A DNA stretch of 64,000 nucleotides from Vulcanimicrobiota bacterium (GCA_963777315.1 CAVZQC010000002.1:736001-800000), one strand, 5' to 3'; positions 9,755-19,574 are shown, counted from the first letter of the stretch. Numbers and translations: made by a program. The notes: generated from the letters alone by a model not told the origin.

Positions 9755-10440
9755 ACCTGCTCGAGCGGCTACGCGGCGGCCTCATCGTTTCGGTTCAGGC
9801 CCGAGCCGATTCCGCGCTCGACGAACCCGGCGTTTTGGCCGCCATGGCTCGAGCCGCTCGGGACGGCGGCGCAATCGCGCTGCGGGTGCAGGGCGTGGCC
9901 AACCTGCAGGCGGTCAAAAGCAGAGTAGACGTGCCTCTGGTCGGAATACTCAAGCGGCAGTATTCCGGCTATGAACCGTACATCACACCCACGCCCGGTG
10001 AAATTGCCGAAGTGCTGGCGTGCGGTGTCGAAATCGTGGCATTTGACGCGACCCTGCGCCTGCACCCCAAAAACGCGACCGTAGCCGAACTGGTCGCTGC
10101 CGTTCATGCGGGAGGCGCCTTGGCAATGGCGGATTGCGCCGATCGAGCCGATGCTGCAAACGCGCGGCGGGCAGGCGCCGACATCACGGCTACGACCCTA
10201 TGCGGCTATACAAAGGAAACGCAAGGCGCGACGTTGCCCGCGCTCTCTCTGGTAAGCGAGCTGCGCGGCCTAGGGGGCTTCGTCATATGCGAAGGCGGCA
10301 TCCACGAGCCGGCCGCGGCAAGGCAAGCCATGGATGCCGGCGCCGACGCGGTCGTCGTCGGCACGGCGATTACCAACGTCGAGTGGCTGGTGCAGCAGTA
10401 CTCGGGAGCGCTTGGCCCACAAAGGTCGTGGCTTGCGTAG
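9751..10440 (+). CDS. nanE: N-acetylmannosamine-6-phosphate 2-epimerase
   Basis: LIVSVQA, GILKR, YITPT, TTLCGYT, EGGIH, VVVGTAIT. Confidence 0.9.
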   Translation: MNLLERLRGGLIVSVQARADSALDEPGVLAAMARAARDGGAIALRVQGVANLQAVKSRVDVPLVGILKRQYSGYEPYITPTPGEIAEVLACGVEIVAFDATLRLHPKNATVAELVAAVHAGGALAMADCADRADAANARRAGADITATTLCGYTKETQGATLPALSLVSELRGLGGFVICEGGIHEPAAARQAMDAGADAVVVGTAITNVEWLVQQYSGALGPQRSWLA

Positions 10441-10494
10441 GACGCTTTTTTCTATAGTCAAATACGGACTCTGAAAATTCGATGGGGTTACAGC

Positions 10495-11610
10495 TTGCAC
10501 GAGAATAGAGATCCGGCCGTCCACCTCGAACGCGGTTTTTGGATCGTAACGGCAATCATCGCCTTCTTGTCGCTCTGTGCGATTTTTTGGTGGATATACG
10601 CGCCGATTCAGAGCATCATGCCCGAAGCGGTCGACCGCGCGCACCAAATCGACGTGCTCTTCCGTTTTCTCTCTGCCTCGGGCACGGCGCTCTTCGTCAT
10701 CGTCGTGGGATATCTGCTGTACTTCATTTTCCGGTTTCGCCGGCGCCCGGACCAGGGCGACGACGCCGTCGGGCTGCAAATCCACGACAACCGCAAACTC
10801 GAGCTCTGGTGGACGCTGATTCCCACATTGTTCGTTTTGGCGCTGGCGATCGTCAGCGTCAAACTGTTTCTGGAAATCGAACCGGTCAACGCGCAAGGCA
10901 ATACGCTGGTCGTCGAAGGCTTGGGGCACCAGTGGTACTACACGTTCCGCTATCCCGGCATTCACGGCGAAGTCAAAGAACTGCATTTGCCCGTCGGACA
11001 GCCGGTTACGCTGCACGTGTCGTCCTACGACGTGATTCATTCGTTCTGGATCCCCGACATGCGCCTGAAGGCCGACATGGTTCCCGGGCTCATCAACACG
11101 CTGGTCTTCACGCCCACGCGCGTGGGCAGGTACGAGCTGGTCTGCACGGAGTTCTGCGGGACGCTGCACGGCGCCATGCGCAGCGGCACGCCCAACGATC
11201 CGGCGTACGTCTACATCGATCCGCCGTATAAATACAAAGCCTGGTACGACACCACGCAAAAGGCGCAGGCCAACGTCAGCGACGCCGTGCAGGTTGCGTC
11301 GAGCGCCGGCGTCAGTTTATCCGCGGGCAATGCGGCGGCCGGCAAGGCGCTGTTTTCGCAGAAATGCTCGGCGTGTCACGCGCTCGGGCCGTTCGATCAG
11401 AAGATCGTCGGGCCGGGCCTCAAAGGCGTGCTGCACGATCCCGCGCATCCCAATTTGGTCAACGGTGAAAAAGCGACGCCGGAAAACGTCGCCAAGGTTT
11501 TGCAAAACGGTTATAGCGGCTCTTTAGGCGTCATGCCCAATCAAACGGCGAACGGATTGTCCGACAAAGACATCGCCAATCTGGTCGCCTTCCTCGATTC
11601 CCTCAAATAA
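10495..11610 (+). CDS. ctaC: Cytochrome c oxidase subunit II with fused C-terminal cytochrome c (caa3 type)
   Basis: LELWWTLIP, DVIHSFWIP, CuA motif CTEFCGTLHGAM, heme c motif CSACH; TTG start. Confidence 0.93.
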   Translation: MHENRDPAVHLERGFWIVTAIIAFLSLCAIFWWIYAPIQSIMPEAVDRAHQIDVLFRFLSASGTALFVIVVGYLLYFIFRFRRRPDQGDDAVGLQIHDNRKLELWWTLIPTLFVLALAIVSVKLFLEIEPVNAQGNTLVVEGLGHQWYYTFRYPGIHGEVKELHLPVGQPVTLHVSSYDVIHSFWIPDMRLKADMVPGLINTLVFTPTRVGRYELVCTEFCGTLHGAMRSGTPNDPAYVYIDPPYKYKAWYDTTQKAQANVSDAVQVASSAGVSLSAGNAAAGKALFSQKCSACHALGPFDQKIVGPGLKGVLHDPAHPNLVNGEKATPENVAKVLQNGYSGSLGVMPNQTANGLSDKDIANLVAFLDSLK

Positions 11611-11623
11611 GGTCGAAACGACA

Positions 11624-13297
11624 ATGGCTGTAGCAGCGGTACACTCGGGCGGCATCGCCGACCACATCCATCCGGAACCGCAAGGGTTCATCCGAAGATA
11701 CGTCTTCTCGATCGATCACAAGATCATCGGCATTCAGTACATCGTGACCGCCGGCATTTTCATGCTCATGGGCGGCATGCTCGCCGAGCTCATCCGCGTG
11801 CAGCTGATGCGAGCCAACGGCGGCTTCATGACACCCGACACCTACAATCAGGTGTACTCGATTCACGGATCCACGATGGTCTGGCTGGTGATCATCCCAA
11901 TGCTCACCGGCGGTTTCGGAAACTTCGTGTTCCCCTTGCAAATCGGCGCGCGCGACGTCGCATTCCCGTGGCTGAATATGATCAGCTTTTGGATTTTCCC
12001 GATTGCCGGCCTCATGCTGTACTCCTCGTTCTTGATGGGCGCGCCGGCTGCCGGTTGGACCGAGTATCCTCCCATGTCGCTGCAGGGGCAAGCCGGCACG
12101 TCGATGTGGTGTGCGGCGATCTTTCTGGTCGGCATCAGCTCTACGATGACGGGCATAAACTTCGTCGTGACGATCTTGAAGATGCGCGCGCCCGGAATGA
12201 CGTTCACGCGCATGCCGCTGTTCGTGTGGGGGCAGTTCGTCACGGCGCCGCTTTTGATGATCGCCACGACGGCGCTGGGAGCCGCGCTGGCCGCGCTCTT
12301 CATCCAGCGCGAATTCGGCGTACCGTTCTTCGATCCGACCAAAGGCGGAAGCCCGCTGCTCTGGCAGCACATGTTCTGGTTTTATTCGCATCCGGCCGTG
12401 TATATCATGATTTTGCCCGCGTTCGGAGCGATCTCGGAAATTCTGCCGACCTTCGCGCGCAAGCCGATCTTCGGCTATAAGATGATCGCTTTCTCGTCCT
12501 GCGCGATTGCCATCTTAGGGTTCATGGTCTGGGCGCATCACATGTTCACCTCCGGAATGGCGCCGTCGCTGCAGCTGCCGTTCATGGTGCTCACGATGCT
12601 CATCGCCATCCCCACGGGCGTGAAGATCTTTTCCTGGGTGACCACGCTGTTCGGCGGCGTGCTGAAATTCACGACTTCGATGCTGTTCGCCGTCGGGTTC
12701 CTCGCGACGTTTACGCTGGGCGGCATAACCGGCGTGTTCCTGGCCGCCGTTCCGTTCGATCTGCACGCGCATGGGACGTATTTCATCGTCGCGCATTTGC
12801 ACTACGTGCTCGTGGGCGGCAGCCTGATGGGCATCATGGCGATGATCTACTTCTGGTATCCCAAGATGACCGGGCGCATGATGAACGAGACGCTGGGCAA
12901 GTGGTCGTTCTGGCTGTTCCTGATCGGCTTCAACGGCACGTTTTTGCCGATGCACTGGCTGGGCCTGTGGGGTATGCCGCGCCGCGTGGACGTATACGAC
13001 CCGCAGTTCACGACGTGGAACCAAATCGCTTCGGGCTTCTCGTTCGTGATGACGTTGGCGGTATTGCTCGTGGTCGTCAACGCGCTGTGGAGCATGCGCA
13101 AAGGCAAAAGGGCCGGCCCCAATCCGTGGGGAGCGCGCACGCTGGAGTGGATGATTCCCTCACCGCCGCGCTACTACAACTTCAAGCACGTTCCGTCGGT
13201 TTTTGCTACGCCCTACGATTTTGCAGAGCCGTTGCCGTATCGAGGTCTGGAGGAAGAACTGACGGACTCGCCCGTGCCCGTTCCGGCGGCGCATTAG
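11624..13297 (+). CDS. ctaD: Cytochrome c oxidase subunit I, A2-type
   Basis: DHKIIG, HGSTM, WFYSHPAVY, WAHHMF, AHLHY, GMPRR. Confidence 0.97.
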   Translation: MAVAAVHSGGIADHIHPEPQGFIRRYVFSIDHKIIGIQYIVTAGIFMLMGGMLAELIRVQLMRANGGFMTPDTYNQVYSIHGSTMVWLVIIPMLTGGFGNFVFPLQIGARDVAFPWLNMISFWIFPIAGLMLYSSFLMGAPAAGWTEYPPMSLQGQAGTSMWCAAIFLVGISSTMTGINFVVTILKMRAPGMTFTRMPLFVWGQFVTAPLLMIATTALGAALAALFIQREFGVPFFDPTKGGSPLLWQHMFWFYSHPAVYIMILPAFGAISEILPTFARKPIFGYKMIAFSSCAIAILGFMVWAHHMFTSGMAPSLQLPFMVLTMLIAIPTGVKIFSWVTTLFGGVLKFTTSMLFAVGFLATFTLGGITGVFLAAVPFDLHAHGTYFIVAHLHYVLVGGSLMGIMAMIYFWYPKMTGRMMNETLGKWSFWLFLIGFNGTFLPMHWLGLWGMPRRVDVYDPQFTTWNQIASGFSFVMTLAVLLVVVNALWSMRKGKRAGPNPWGARTLEWMIPSPPRYYNFKHVPSVFATPYDFAEPLPYRGLEEELTDSPVPVPAAH

Positions 13298-13298
13298 C

Positions 13299-13916
13299 AT
13301 GGCCGTAGCCAGCGTTTCGCAGGCCGGGGTCGTCGGCGGCAGGCGTGAAGAACCGGACCAGCTCTACGTTGAGACACGGGAGCTGCGCGTCCAGGGCTTC
13401 CTGCTGTTCATGGTCAGCGACCTGGTGCTGTTCTCGTCGTTCATCTTCGCGTATCTGTATTTGCGCAACACCGGTCAGGGCTGGCCTCCGCCCGGCGCGC
13501 CGAAGTTGGATCTGGCGTTGGCCGCGATCAATTCGGTCGTGCTGTTCGGTTCGGGCGCGACCATGCATTTCGCGCTCGAAAATTGGAAGCACGAGAAGTT
13601 CTTCAAATTCGGCGGTTGGCTGATCACGACGATCGTACTGGGCGCGATCTTTTTATCGGGACAGATTGTCGAGTACGCCAAGCTCGCCGTCGGTTGGGGA
13701 ACCAGCGGCATCTTCGGCACGTCGTTCTTCACGCTGACCGGCATGCACGGCTTTCACGTCTTTTGCGGCATTATCTACCTGACCGTACTGCTGCTGCAGG
13801 CCATCCACGGCAAGTACACGTTCACCAAATACACCGGCCTGACGCTGGGTACGCTGTACTGGCACTTCGTTGACGTCATTTGGGTCGTGCTGTTTTCGAT
13901 CTTCTATCTGTGGTGA
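13299..13916 (+). CDS. ctaE: Cytochrome c oxidase subunit III (short form)
   Basis: FFTLTGMHGFHV, YWHFVDVIW. Confidence 0.93.
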   Translation: MAVASVSQAGVVGGRREEPDQLYVETRELRVQGFLLFMVSDLVLFSSFIFAYLYLRNTGQGWPPPGAPKLDLALAAINSVVLFGSGATMHFALENWKHEKFFKFGGWLITTIVLGAIFLSGQIVEYAKLAVGWGTSGIFGTSFFTLTGMHGFHVFCGIIYLTVLLLQAIHGKYTFTKYTGLTLGTLYWHFVDVIWVVLFSIFYLW

Positions 13917-13928
13917 GGAGAGAGCCCC

Positions 13929-14144
13929 ATGAATGAAGTGCTCGCGCACGCCGAACGCGTCCTGGCCTTTGCGGTCGGCATCGTCGTGTTCTTCGTGGCC
14001 GTTATCGCCTTGCGCAACGATTGGAAGACCAAAGGCCTGGAGAACCAGGTTTTCAAGATGATGCTCGCACTGCTCGCCTTGGGCGCGTTTCTGGCCATTC
14101 TGGCAAGCGTGAACGTACTGGCCGGAAAAGGCGTGGAGATCTAA
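13929..14144 (+). CDS. Small 2-TM protein, possible oxidase accessory subunit
   Basis: GAGGAG RBS, two hydrophobic helices, directly after ctaE. Confidence 0.65.
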   Translation: MNEVLAHAERVLAFAVGIVVFFVAVIALRNDWKTKGLENQVFKMMLALLALGAFLAILASVNVLAGKGVEI

Positions 14145-14338
14145 TGTACGATCAGCTCGACGATCGAGGAGTTCCTACTACCCGCGGAATGCCGCGCGCG
14201 GTGCAAATCGCGGTGCTGATCGGGATCGCGGTCATCTTCGCTATGGGCGGCTACACTATCGTGATGTCCGGCTACGGGCACCGGTGGCCGTCGACCAAAT
14301 CGCTGCGCATTCCACTCAACGGCTCGTACCAGCACTAG
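14144..14338 (+). CDS. Small single-TM protein in the oxidase operon
   Basis: TAATG coupling and GGAG RBS; 64 aa with one TM (AVLIGIAVIFAMGGYTIV). Confidence 0.6.
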   Translation: MYDQLDDRGVPTTRGMPRAVQIAVLIGIAVIFAMGGYTIVMSGYGHRWPSTKSLRIPLNGSYQH

Positions 14339-14428
14339 GCCCGGCGAGCGCGAGGATGGCGCCATATGAGAGGCGTCCCTTTTCCAGGTTGCGTTAACTG
14401 ATTCGCGTTTCGTTCCGATACCGTTTAG

Positions 14429-14713
14429 GTGAGCGACCGGTATTTTTCAGGGCGCGTAACTGTCATTTCCCTGATCCTCGTCATGGCGGTTTCGACCGCG
14501 GCGGCGACCGCGCCGTTTGCCGGAGTTGCAAGCGCGCATGGCGCCGCTCACGCTTCACCCACGCCTGCGCCGCAAGCGGCGGTCATCAATCTAACGCTCA
14601 TTCCGGCCCAGCGCGCGGCGCAAGAGCGCGTGCGCTTTTCCCAGCGCTTCAACGGTACGTTCGGATTTTTCCAAACGCCGCTGGAGTCGCTCGTTTTCCA
14701 TACGCAATCGTAG
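14429..14713 (+). pseudogene. 5' fragment of a secreted-protein gene truncated by the IS remnant at about 14620
   Basis: Signal-peptide-like N-terminus and SPTPAP linker; the last ~30 codons are the antisense of IS OrfA. Confidence 0.5.
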
Positions 14714-15004
14714 TAATTTCAATCGCTTGCGTATCCGTCGGGCGTCCGCGCTTTGGCTGGGCTGAGCCGGCCAGCTGCTTATGCCAATTAGATAACAGCG
14801 AGCTGTATACGCCCTCCTTTCGCATGAGGGGCGCGCTCCAGTGAAGATGCGGCAGCCTCGTACTCAGCGAGATCCCCGCCTTCTCGTCAGCGGTGAACGA
14901 GCGGTCTTGGAGCGCGAGCGAACTTCGGGGTTGGATGACATTGATAGCAACCTGAATCGCCCCTTGAGTTTCCCGGTTAGCTGGTCTCAGTCGTCATAGA
15001 CACA
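14620..15004 (-). mobile_element. Degenerate IS3-family element, left copy (OrfA remnant plus candidate terminal IR)
   Basis: Frameshifted minus-strand translation from ATG 14941: MSSNPEVRSRSK..SFTADEKAGI.AEYEAA..LMRKEGVYSSLLSNWHKQL..KRGRP..EIT.RLRMENERLQRRLEK.SERTVEALGKAHALL; end TGTGTCTATGACGACTGAGACCAG at 15004-14981. Confidence 0.8.
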
Positions 15005-15094
15005 GCAGGGGCGGCATAAATAGGAGAAACCGTTCAGCCCATCACGACAAACGGCATTCAAGCAGTACTCGGGCGCTGATGAATACGCCGTTCA

Positions 15095-15474
15095 TCACAT
15101 CTGCGGATCGACAAGACCGACCGTGTTGCCTTGAGGATCTTTGAACAATGCGATGGTCATGCCGGGAAGCTGCTGCGGCGGCATCAGCGTTTTTGCCCCG
15201 AGTGATTCGATTCTTTGCAAGGCGACCGGCACGTCGTTCACCTGGATGTAAAACGTAACGTGACCCTCATAGCCCTCCGGCGGCGCGCCGATGCCGCCGT
15301 TAATGCCTTGTTCAGGGTCGTCGTTGCCGTACGGACGCGCGATGAAATACTGCATGGCGGCGTCGCCGCTGCTCTCGTATTCGCTGACGTTCCAATCGAA
15401 CGCGTGTTGATAAAAGGATCCCAGGGCTTTCGGGTCTTTGGACATGATTTCGAAATGGATAACTGGTGAGGCAT
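15095..15474 (-). pseudogene. VOC/glyoxalase-family protein with a 1-base deletion just after the start codon
   Basis: PVIHFEI, GINGGI, VTFYIQVND, ALFKDPQGNTVGL; the RBS GGAGGGG and ATG at 15474 are one base out of frame with the gene body. Confidence 0.75.
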
Positions 15475-15504
15475 GGCGCCCCTCCGATTGCGATAGATGA
15501 GCGC

Positions 15505-15532
15505 ATTCTAACATTCTGACTTGTAAAGGCAA
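15505..15532 (-). promoter_or_regulatory. Sigma70-type promoter for the VOC gene
   Basis: TTGCCT-N16-TAGAAT with extended TG on the minus strand. Confidence 0.55.
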
Positions 15533-15852
15533 GTACAATTCAAAAAAGAGAAAGTTCGCGTGACTGTGGCCGCGGCAGGCGGCGGGCTATCCTGCAGCCG
15601 ATGCCGGCGGAGCGCTTCGGTTTGCGTTGCTGCGAGCGGACCTACGTTACCACGGAAGTGATATACTACACTCGTTAACGGGCTCCAAACCATGCGTTAC
15701 TGCTGCGGATGACTTTGGCGCCTTACATGCTTGGGGGGAACAAGGGCTTTCAAACTCATGCACCAAGCGGCGGTCTCCTTGCATGCGAGCTGTAAAGTGT
15801 TAAACGCCTGAGTTGCCGCGACTGTTGCTCGGCGACAATGGAGGGAACCTAC

Positions 15853-18800
15853 ATGTCTCTTCACGAGCTTTCACGTCGGCACTTCATTACGACGGCGTCG
15901 GCTTCGGCGGCAGCGCTCGGGCTTACCGAGGCCCTGGGTCCGGCCGCTTCCGCTAGCAGGCTTTTCAACGATCCGCGGTTGCGTATCCTGGCTCAGGTAC
16001 CGGGAGCGCACGGCCTCGAGTTGCGCTTTAGCGCAGCCGCCGTCCAAGATCGCTTCGCCGGAGCACCGCTGGATCAGGCGTTCTATGAAACCCAAGCGGT
16101 TGCGTATCGAGCCGGAGAGGGACAACCGGGCCTGCTGTACATCCCGCCCGCGGATCAGTCGAGATCGCCGGGCAATCAAGTCGTTGCGCTTACGCGTAAC
16201 GATGCGTCGCCTACGGGGTGGACGAAAACCGTTCGCGAGCTCGATAGCGGCGACGCCTTTGAGCAACGCGCGTGGATAACTCCTTACGTTTTAGTTCGCG
16301 GCGGCAAAGATCCGAAGGTTTTTGCTTATGGAACGACCGGATTGCACGCCGCGTCGCTCAAGGGCGGTTTCGGTCAGTTTGCACTCGTGCACCGATGGGA
16401 CGAAGAACTCATATGGCAAGGACAACCCAGATATCCACTTGAGACAACGCACGGCAGGCTGCCCGACGACGCCCATTATTTGCTCGAAACGAACGGACAT
16501 GGAAGCGTCAATCTCCGCGATATCGACTCGTACCAGGAAATCCAGCTCGGTGCCGGTGCCGCAGACATGGGCGGTCTGCTTACGCAGCCGCTGACGATAC
16601 TTTCCGGCAGTCCCAAAGGGATCTTCCGTTGCGTGATTTCGAATCAGCGGAACATCTCGTTCATGACGGCAATGGATGAGGGATACGGCGGAAAACTTTT
16701 CAACGTCACGTTCGAGCACATCGCAAGCTGGGGCGGAGGGAACGACATCCTGCGCAGCGCCGTCGCCATTGAATCAGGTGGTTGGATCGGAATCGCCTAC
16801 ACGATGGATCGTCAAGCCAGGGCTGAAAACGGTGCAACGTCGACCGACTCGCGGTTGTATTTTCGCCACGGTACGTACCTTCCGAACTCGAGCGGACTTC
16901 CGCTTCTCAGCGAGCCGGCCGCGTACGACGTTTCCTTTCCGGATAAAAAGCAGCGCGTTTTCGAAGTATCGTGCGCCGCGATCAATGCGCACGACGGCGG
17001 CTTCGACATCGTCCTGCATGCCGGCGGCGCTCTGCTCAGCAACGGGGAGCGCGATCAGCTGTACCTGTGCACGGTCAAACCGAACGCCGCGAATGCTGTC
17101 GCCATTCCGTTGGCGGACGGCGTTGCGAGCGTTTTCACGCCGTCGACGCAGCTCGAGTTCATCAGATCCGATGTCGCCAGCCTCGGCGGCAATATTCTCG
17201 GCATAGTTCCGCAGGACGTGTGGACGATTCGCAACTTTAGCCAATTCGACGTCAAGCAGATCACCGTTCCGAATCCGGGTGCGGTAAAAACGCAAGTCGT
17301 TATGCGCGTCGGCGTCAGCGTTTACAACAACGGCCTACCCGTTTGCGGTTCACCGGTGGACGTGCTCGCCGACACGAGCACCTGGGCAACGGTTGGCGGA
17401 AAGGAGCGACTCCTCAATGAGACGCGTCCCGTGCGCGGTGTGACCGATTTCAGCGGCCGACTGACGATCGCAATGCCGGTGGGCACGAATTTGTACGTTC
17501 CGGATCTGATCGTGAAGGGTGAGAACTTCGCCGCTAAGTGCCATCCAAGTGACTACATCCTGCACCGTGCGCTGACTCTCTCCGCGACCGATCTGCTCAA
17601 ACATTCGTCCGATGCATCAAATCCGGACAACCAAAGTTCCGCAGCGTCGGCCGCCGTGGCGCTTGGCAACCTGCGTTCAACGCTTCCGGCCGTCATGCCC
17701 GGACGCGCGCAAGCGCGGGGGGCTGCGTATCGTGTGCTCACGGATGGTTCCATCGGAGCGGAGGCCTACGATGGACCGATGTCCTTTCCCGAAGCAAAAG
17801 CCGCCGATCCGAGCGTCGTGCCCAACTTTACTTTGGACCTGCAAGGCGGGAAGCTCGTTGCCAGTAGTAGCGCGGTCCCGGTCGTCATTGAAGCGGATAT
17901 TCTTGATTGGCTCAAAGATAGGGCCAACGACGTTAAAGATTTGGCCACCTCGGGCTTCCGGTGGGCTAGTGACGAGGCGGTCCAGCTGGAACATTTGGCC
18001 GTCAAAGGAGCAACTGTTTTGCTGGGGGCAGTCATCGACGGCGCCGCGTTTTTGTTCAGCGGTCCGCTCAAAGGACTCACCGATCTACTCGGCGTGACGT
18101 CTGCGATTTTTTGGCTGCTGGACAAAGCCGGCTTCATAATAGGCCGCTTGGACCGGTGGCTCCTCAGCGGCCTGATCGACTGGGACAAACTTGGGCGAAC
18201 GCGGGATAGCGTAAAGTCGAACATGCGCCAGGCGTTCTCGACGGCGATGAGCCGTGTCGATCCGCTTGCGAGCATGCGCAGCTATGCATCCGATTTGGAC
18301 TCGGTACGTACGGCCATCGACGGTGCGCTTACGAAACTGCAGAAAAACCCCAGCTCCGCTCGGGCTCAATCGTCGATTCCATCGATGCCTTCATTCCTGT
18401 CGGTGGTATTGGGAAATGAAGATTTTCGGGCCGTGATCGAAAAGCTGGTCGACGCAATCAGCGACTTCATACCTATGCCGGCCGGTTTCTCGGCCTCGGG
18501 ATTCTCGGAAGCCGGTGAGAGTTTCCTCGGCGACGTCGTCCGATTGGCAGATGCGGCGGCGTTTTCGCTCGACGATTTCGCGCAAGCAGTGTCATCCCTG
18601 ATTGCCGACGGCGAATTGTTTAGCGCCCCCCTTGATCCGCTGTTGGCAATTCTCCAACGCCACATCGATGCAGGATTGAAAGCGAGCGGCGGCGTGCTGG
18701 TCGATTCGGGAACGCTGCTTTCAATCGGCGCAAAGAACGCGTCGGCCGTTTTCGATTGGCTCGACACCGAGATCGAGCTGCCGTTTTTGTCGGGGTACTA

Positions 18801-19572
18801 CAACGGGATAACCGAAGGAAAGTTGACTCCGCTCGATCTTGTAGCGCTTGGCGCGGCTTCTATCATGACGATCGGCGAAACGATAGTGCATGACATCACG
18901 AAGCGCATCCTTTCGTACGAGCATTGCCCGGCTGCGTTTTGCACAGAGGCTGCGCCAGGTACGGCGGTTTTTGTCAGCGAGTCCTACTATACGATCGATA
19001 AAGAACTCGCCGTCGCGCTTCCGAACATCGAGAATGATTGGACGTTTGCGCTCGGAATCGTGAGCGCCGTGACGGGCACCCTCATCGTGGGCTTGGATTG
19101 CGAGTACACCGCGGGCAGCTTCTCGAGCGCGCAGCGGCTCTTACTGCAGTTGGACGCCGCGGCGAATTTCGGTTATCTTTCGGCGGCGATCGCAACGGCA
19201 GCGGGTTCGTCAGGCGTCGAAGATTTGGCGTTCGTGGTTCTGTGGCTCGTCGGCGTTACCCAGGCGGTGAACTATCTCAATCTTCCCCAGTACCGGCGCT
19301 CTCCGGTCGGCGCAATTACGTCCATCATCACGATTTTTGGACTTCTCAAAGTGCTCTTTGCGCAAACCTTCAGCAGCGCCCTCAGCGCACGCCAGGATGC
19401 CGAGATGTGGGGCACCGGTTCCATCTTAATCCTCGAACAAGTCTTAGGTGCTTTCATTCGCTACTACGTGCAAAAATCGCAGAAGAGCTTGCCGGGTACA
19501 TTGACCGCTGCCGCCATGGGCACGAAACTCGGGCTGGCCGTGACCAGGAACGTCGTCAACCGGTTTGGCTAG
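15853..19572 (+). CDS. Large (1239 aa) Tat-exported protein of unknown function
   Basis: GGAGGG RBS; twin-arginine signal SRRHFI..AASA; beta-rich N-half and helical hydrophobic C-half; uninterrupted ORF. Confidence 0.85.
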   Translation: MSLHELSRRHFITTASASAAALGLTEALGPAASASRLFNDPRLRILAQVPGAHGLELRFSAAAVQDRFAGAPLDQAFYETQAVAYRAGEGQPGLLYIPPADQSRSPGNQVVALTRNDASPTGWTKTVRELDSGDAFEQRAWITPYVLVRGGKDPKVFAYGTTGLHAASLKGGFGQFALVHRWDEELIWQGQPRYPLETTHGRLPDDAHYLLETNGHGSVNLRDIDSYQEIQLGAGAADMGGLLTQPLTILSGSPKGIFRCVISNQRNISFMTAMDEGYGGKLFNVTFEHIASWGGGNDILRSAVAIESGGWIGIAYTMDRQARAENGATSTDSRLYFRHGTYLPNSSGLPLLSEPAAYDVSFPDKKQRVFEVSCAAINAHDGGFDIVLHAGGALLSNGERDQLYLCTVKPNAANAVAIPLADGVASVFTPSTQLEFIRSDVASLGGNILGIVPQDVWTIRNFSQFDVKQITVPNPGAVKTQVVMRVGVSVYNNGLPVCGSPVDVLADTSTWATVGGKERLLNETRPVRGVTDFSGRLTIAMPVGTNLYVPDLIVKGENFAAKCHPSDYILHRALTLSATDLLKHSSDASNPDNQSSAASAAVALGNLRSTLPAVMPGRAQARGAAYRVLTDGSIGAEAYDGPMSFPEAKAADPSVVPNFTLDLQGGKLVASSSAVPVVIEADILDWLKDRANDVKDLATSGFRWASDEAVQLEHLAVKGATVLLGAVIDGAAFLFSGPLKGLTDLLGVTSAIFWLLDKAGFIIGRLDRWLLSGLIDWDKLGRTRDSVKSNMRQAFSTAMSRVDPLASMRSYASDLDSVRTAIDGALTKLQKNPSSARAQSSIPSMPSFLSVVLGNEDFRAVIEKLVDAISDFIPMPAGFSASGFSEAGESFLGDVVRLADAAAFSLDDFAQAVSSLIADGELFSAPLDPLLAILQRHIDAGLKASGGVLVDSGTLLSIGAKNASAVFDWLDTEIELPFLSGYYNGITEGKLTPLDLVALGAASIMTIGETIVHDITKRILSYEHCPAAFCTEAAPGTAVFVSESYYTIDKELAVALPNIENDWTFALGIVSAVTGTLIVGLDCEYTAGSFSSAQRLLLQLDAAANFGYLSAAIATAAGSSGVEDLAFVVLWLVGVTQAVNYLNLPQYRRSPVGAITSIITIFGLLKVLFAQTFSSALSARQDAEMWGTGSILILEQVLGAFIRYYVQKSQKSLPGTLTAAAMGTKLGLAVTRNVVNRFG

Positions 19573-19574
19573 CG

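Noticed and set aside
14355..14384. Possible terminator after the oxidase operon
   Set aside because: Stem is short and imperfect with a weak U-tract; not supportable
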